In this document: positions 55,517 to 58,293 of the stretch, one piece after another
Numbering within the stretch: the first letter of the stretch is position 1
Layout of the letters: each line of letters starts with the position of its first letter
Assembly: GCA_041498295.1 (NCBI GenBank)
Contig: JBGQIB010000005.1
Location: 1 to 58,293 of the forward strand
Source of the DNA: a bacterium
Lineage (GTDB): Bacteria > Myxococcota_A > UBA9160 > SZUA-336
Direction of reading: 5' to 3'
DNA: 58,293 nt
Program-made: the position numbers and the translations under genes
The notes under the pieces: model-generated
What the model was told of the DNA's origin: nothing
Database searches by the model: none
Seen by the model: the letters and a program-made list of their open reading frames with translations, nothing else

Positions 55517-58293
55517 GTCCTCTGTGCGCTCGAGCGCCGCGAGCAGCGGCGGCAGGAGCAACAGCACGGCCGGTACCGTCGCGACGAGCCCCGACAAGAT
55601 CGCGATCGCGAGCGGCTGCAGCATCGCAGAGCCGCGGCCGATGCCGAGAGCGAGCGGCGATAGGGCGAGTGCGGCGGCGAGGCCGGTCATGAGGATCGGC
55701 CGCACACGCGAGCGCGCCGCGTCGAGGAGCGCGGCCTCGTGTCCGAGGCGCGAGCGCGACTCACGCCAATGAGACAGGAAGAATACGGAGGTTTCCGAAG
55801 TGACTCCAACGACCATCGTGAGTCCCATGAGCGACGCCACGTTCAGCTCCGAGCCGGTGAGCCACAAGCCGACGAACACGGCGGAACCCGCGACCGCTCC
55901 GACGGCGGCGACCGCGAGCAATGCCTGCGCGCTCTCGTACAAGAACAGCAGCACCAGCGCGACGAGGAGCGTGGCGGCGGCGAGCACCGCGGAGAGGCTG
56001 CGGAACGAGCGCTGCTGTTCGCCGTAGAGGCCACCGTACTCGACGTAAGTGCCCGCCGGCAGCTCGAGCTTCGCGACCTCCCGCTTCACGTCGTCCATCG
56101 CCGAGCCGAGATCGCGTCCCGAGATCCGTCCGGTGACGGCGACCATCGTCTTCAAGTTCTCGCGCGTGATCTGCGGCTCGCCGGTGACTCGCGTGAGCGT
56201 CGCGATGCGCTCGAGCGACGCGGTCGTTCCGTCGGCGGCGCGCAACCGCAGCCTGCCGATACGCTCGACGCTGCCGCGCGCTTCGGCGGCGGTCCACACG
56301 CGGACGCCGACCATCTTCTCGCTGCGCTGCAACTGCGTGGCGACGTCTCCTTGCAGCGCTATGCGCGCGAGCCGAGTCACCTGCTCCGGATCGAGACCGA
56401 GCGCCTGCGCGCGCATCCGATCGACGCCGATGCGCACGGCATCCCCCGCGAGCACGACGCCGCTCTTCGTGTCGACGACGCCGGGAACCTTGTGCAGCCG
56501 CTCCGCGACCCTCTCGGCCAACGTCCGCAGCGGAGCCGCATCCGAAGCGAAGAACTTGACCTCGATCGGCTGCGGCACCGCGGTGAGATCGCCGATCAGA
56601 TCCTCGACGAGCTGCGGCAACTCGACCTCGAGCCCGGGGACTTCACGCTCGACGCGCGCGCGCACGTCGTCGATCACCTCCTCGATCCCATGGCGCGGCG
56701 GCGGCTTCAGGCGCACGAAGAAGTCGCCTTCGTTCGCCTCGGTAATGAAGCCGCCGAGCGCGAGGCCCGTGCGGCGCGAGTAAGTCGCGACCTCGGGTGT
56801 GTCCGCGAGAATGCGCTCGACCTCGCGCAGCTGCCGATCGGTCTCGGAGAGCGACGTGCCGGCCGGCGCACGGTAGTCGAGCACGAAGCCGCCCTCGTCG
56901 AGCTGCGGGAGAAAGCCGGTGCCGAGCCGTTCGAACGCGAGGGCGCCGAGGATGAGTGCGATCGCGATCGCGATTCCCGCATCGCGAGGCTTCGCCACGA
57001 GTCGCCGCAATGCCGCGTCGTACCCGCGCAGAAAGCGCGCGAACCGCGGTCCGACGTCGTCCCGCTCCGCGTCCTGTCTTCGTACCAAGGCGTGAATCAG
57101 CACGGGCACGACGAGCAGCGCGACCCCGTACGAGACGGCCAGCGCCAGCGCCATCGTCAGTGCGAGCGGTCGAAAGAACGCACCAGTCACTCCCGAGAGA
57201 TAGGCGAGCGGGACGAAGATCACCGTGGTGACGATCGACGAACCCGTAAGCGGAACCAGCATCTCGCGCGCCGATGCGAAGATCGTGCGGCGGTCACCGC
57301 CATCGCCGCTGCGCAGACGGCGCATCGCGTGCTCGATCACGACGATCGCATCGTCGACGACGAGTCCGACGGACGCGGCGATCCCGCCGAGCGTCATGAT
57401 GTTGAGCGTCATGCCCAGCGCGCCGAGCAAGAGCAGGGTGATCGCGAGCGACGCTGGGGCGGCAAGCGCGACGACGAGCGTGACTCGCCAGCTCCCGAGG
57501 AACGCTGCGATCACGGCGATCGCGAGGCCCGCACCGACGAGGATCGCGTCGCGCACCGCTCCGACCGATCCCTCGATCAGCTCGCTCTGATCGTACCAGG
57601 TGGCGACGTGGAGATCGGGCGGGAGGCCGCGCGCGTACTCGCGCAGTCGCTCCGCCACGTCGCGTGCGATCTGTACGGTGTTGCCATCGGGCTGCTGATA
57701 TACGTTCAGCAGCACGGCCTCGACCCCCGCCGCGGTGACTCGCGTCCACTCGGGCGCCGTGCCGGCGCGGATCTCGGCGACGTCTTCGAGTTGGACCACG
57801 CCGCGGGCATCGGAGCGCAGAATCACGTCGCCGAGCGTGGTCACGTCACTGACCTGAGTATCGGCGAGCAGCAGGTACAGGCGCTCGTCCTGCTCCAGCC
57901 GACCCACCGCCTCGACCACATTCGAGGCCGAGATCGAACGAACGACGTCCTCCAAGGTCAGGTCCACCGCATCGAGGCGCGCGGGGTCGAGCAGCACCTG
58001 GAACTCCGCGGAGCGTCCACCCTGGACCGCGACGCGCGAGACGCCCGTGACACTCGAGAGTCGCGGCGCGAGCTCGTAGAGCGCGCGGTCGCGCAGCTCG
58101 ACGAGCGAGCGGTTCTCGGTCGACGCGAGTGACAGACCCAGCACCGGGAACACGAACGGATCCATGCGCCGCGTCTGGAACGCGGTCCCCGACGGCAGCG
58201 CGCCCGCGACGTGCGTGATCGCCGAGTCGACCTGGAGCGTCGCAGCGACCATGTCGGTGCCCCACGCGAAGTCGACCGAGACGTCGCACGTGC
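55496..58293 (-). CDS. RND efflux permease (AcrB/CusA family), 5' end outside window
   Basis: LNIMTLGG..GLVVDDAIVVIE, FLPQLDEG, RVRPILMT. Confidence 0.92.
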   Translation of the reverse strand, partial: TCDVSVDFAWGTDMVAATLQVDSAITHVAGALPSGTAFQTRRMDPFVFPVLGLSLASTENRSLVELRDRALYELAPRLSSVTGVSRVAVQGGRSAEFQVLLDPARLDAVDLTLEDVVRSISASNVVEAVGRLEQDERLYLLLADTQVSDVTTLGDVILRSDARGVVQLEDVAEIRAGTAPEWTRVTAAGVEAVLLNVYQQPDGNTVQIARDVAERLREYARGLPPDLHVATWYDQSELIEGSVGAVRDAILVGAGLAIAVIAAFLGSWRVTLVVALAAPASLAITLLLLGALGMTLNIMTLGGIAASVGLVVDDAIVVIEHAMRRLRSGDGGDRRTIFASAREMLVPLTGSSIVTTVIFVPLAYLSGVTGAFFRPLALTMALALAVSYGVALLVVPVLIHALVRRQDAERDDVGPRFARFLRGYDAALRRLVAKPRDAGIAIAIALILGALAFERLGTGFLPQLDEGGFVLDYRAPAGTSLSETDRQLREVERILADTPEVATYSRRTGLALGGFITEANEGDFFVRLKPPPRHGIEEVIDDVRARVEREVPGLEVELPQLVEDLIGDLTAVPQPIEVKFFASDAAPLRTLAERVAERLHKVPGVVDTKSGVVLAGDAVRIGVDRMRAQALGLDPEQVTRLARIALQGDVATQLQRSEKMVGVRVWTAAEARGSVERIGRLRLRAADGTTASLERIATLTRVTGEPQITRENLKTMVAVTGRISGRDLGSAMDDVKREVAKLELPAGTYVEYGGLYGEQQRSFRSLSAVLAAATLLVALVLLFLYESAQALLAVAAVGAVAGSAVFVGLWLTGSELNVASLMGLTMVVGVTSETSVFFLSHWRESRSRLGHEAALLDAARSRVRPILMTGLAAALALSPLALGIGRGSAMLQPLAIAILSGLVATVPAVLLLLPPLLAALERTEDSASREP

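Noticed and set aside
1-58293. Many long Arg/Ala-rich alternative-frame ORFs (e.g. 55739-58132 +, 5197-6579 +, 39865-41364 -)
   Set aside because: Shadow ORFs of recognisable genes in a high-GC genome; no family motifs
1-58293. Frequent GCGATCGC (cyanobacterial HIP1 octamer)
   Set aside because: Explicable by preferred codons GCG-ATC-GCG and general CG/GATC richness; not claimed without a codon-aware null

Overview
High-GC bacterial chromosome segment (roughly 70% GC by eye; gene content suggests a Myxococcota/Deltaproteobacteria-like Gram-negative, which is an inference). About 60 CDS were called; no rRNA, tRNA, CRISPR, integrase or transposase was found. The backbone is mostly catabolic, redox, transport and regulatory genes: flavin monooxygenases, two GFA and two PhyH proteins, a sulfatase/MBL/GST/dehalogenase cluster, KefC-KefF, MCP, MscS, Mrp, ThiD and a partial RND permease. 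Main observations: (1) the quasi-palindrome GAGT(C/G)ACTC (core GAGTCAC/GTGACTC) is iterated throughout, inside genes via rare codons and at gene starts and stops; (2) an integrase-less accretion hotspot at 20.4-29 kb, where the 3' end of a methyltransferase gene occurs three times and brackets two cargo blocks, one a Ser/Thr kinase + TPR pair that may be a defence system; (3) a four-gene ATP-grasp ligase / inactive transglutaminase-7TM operon with two secreted peptidases; (4) a structured ~150-nt leader RNA candidate; (5) a three-site TetR operator. Four 1-nt frameshifts at G/C runs are probably sequencing errors. All calls rest on motif recognition by eye, not database searches.
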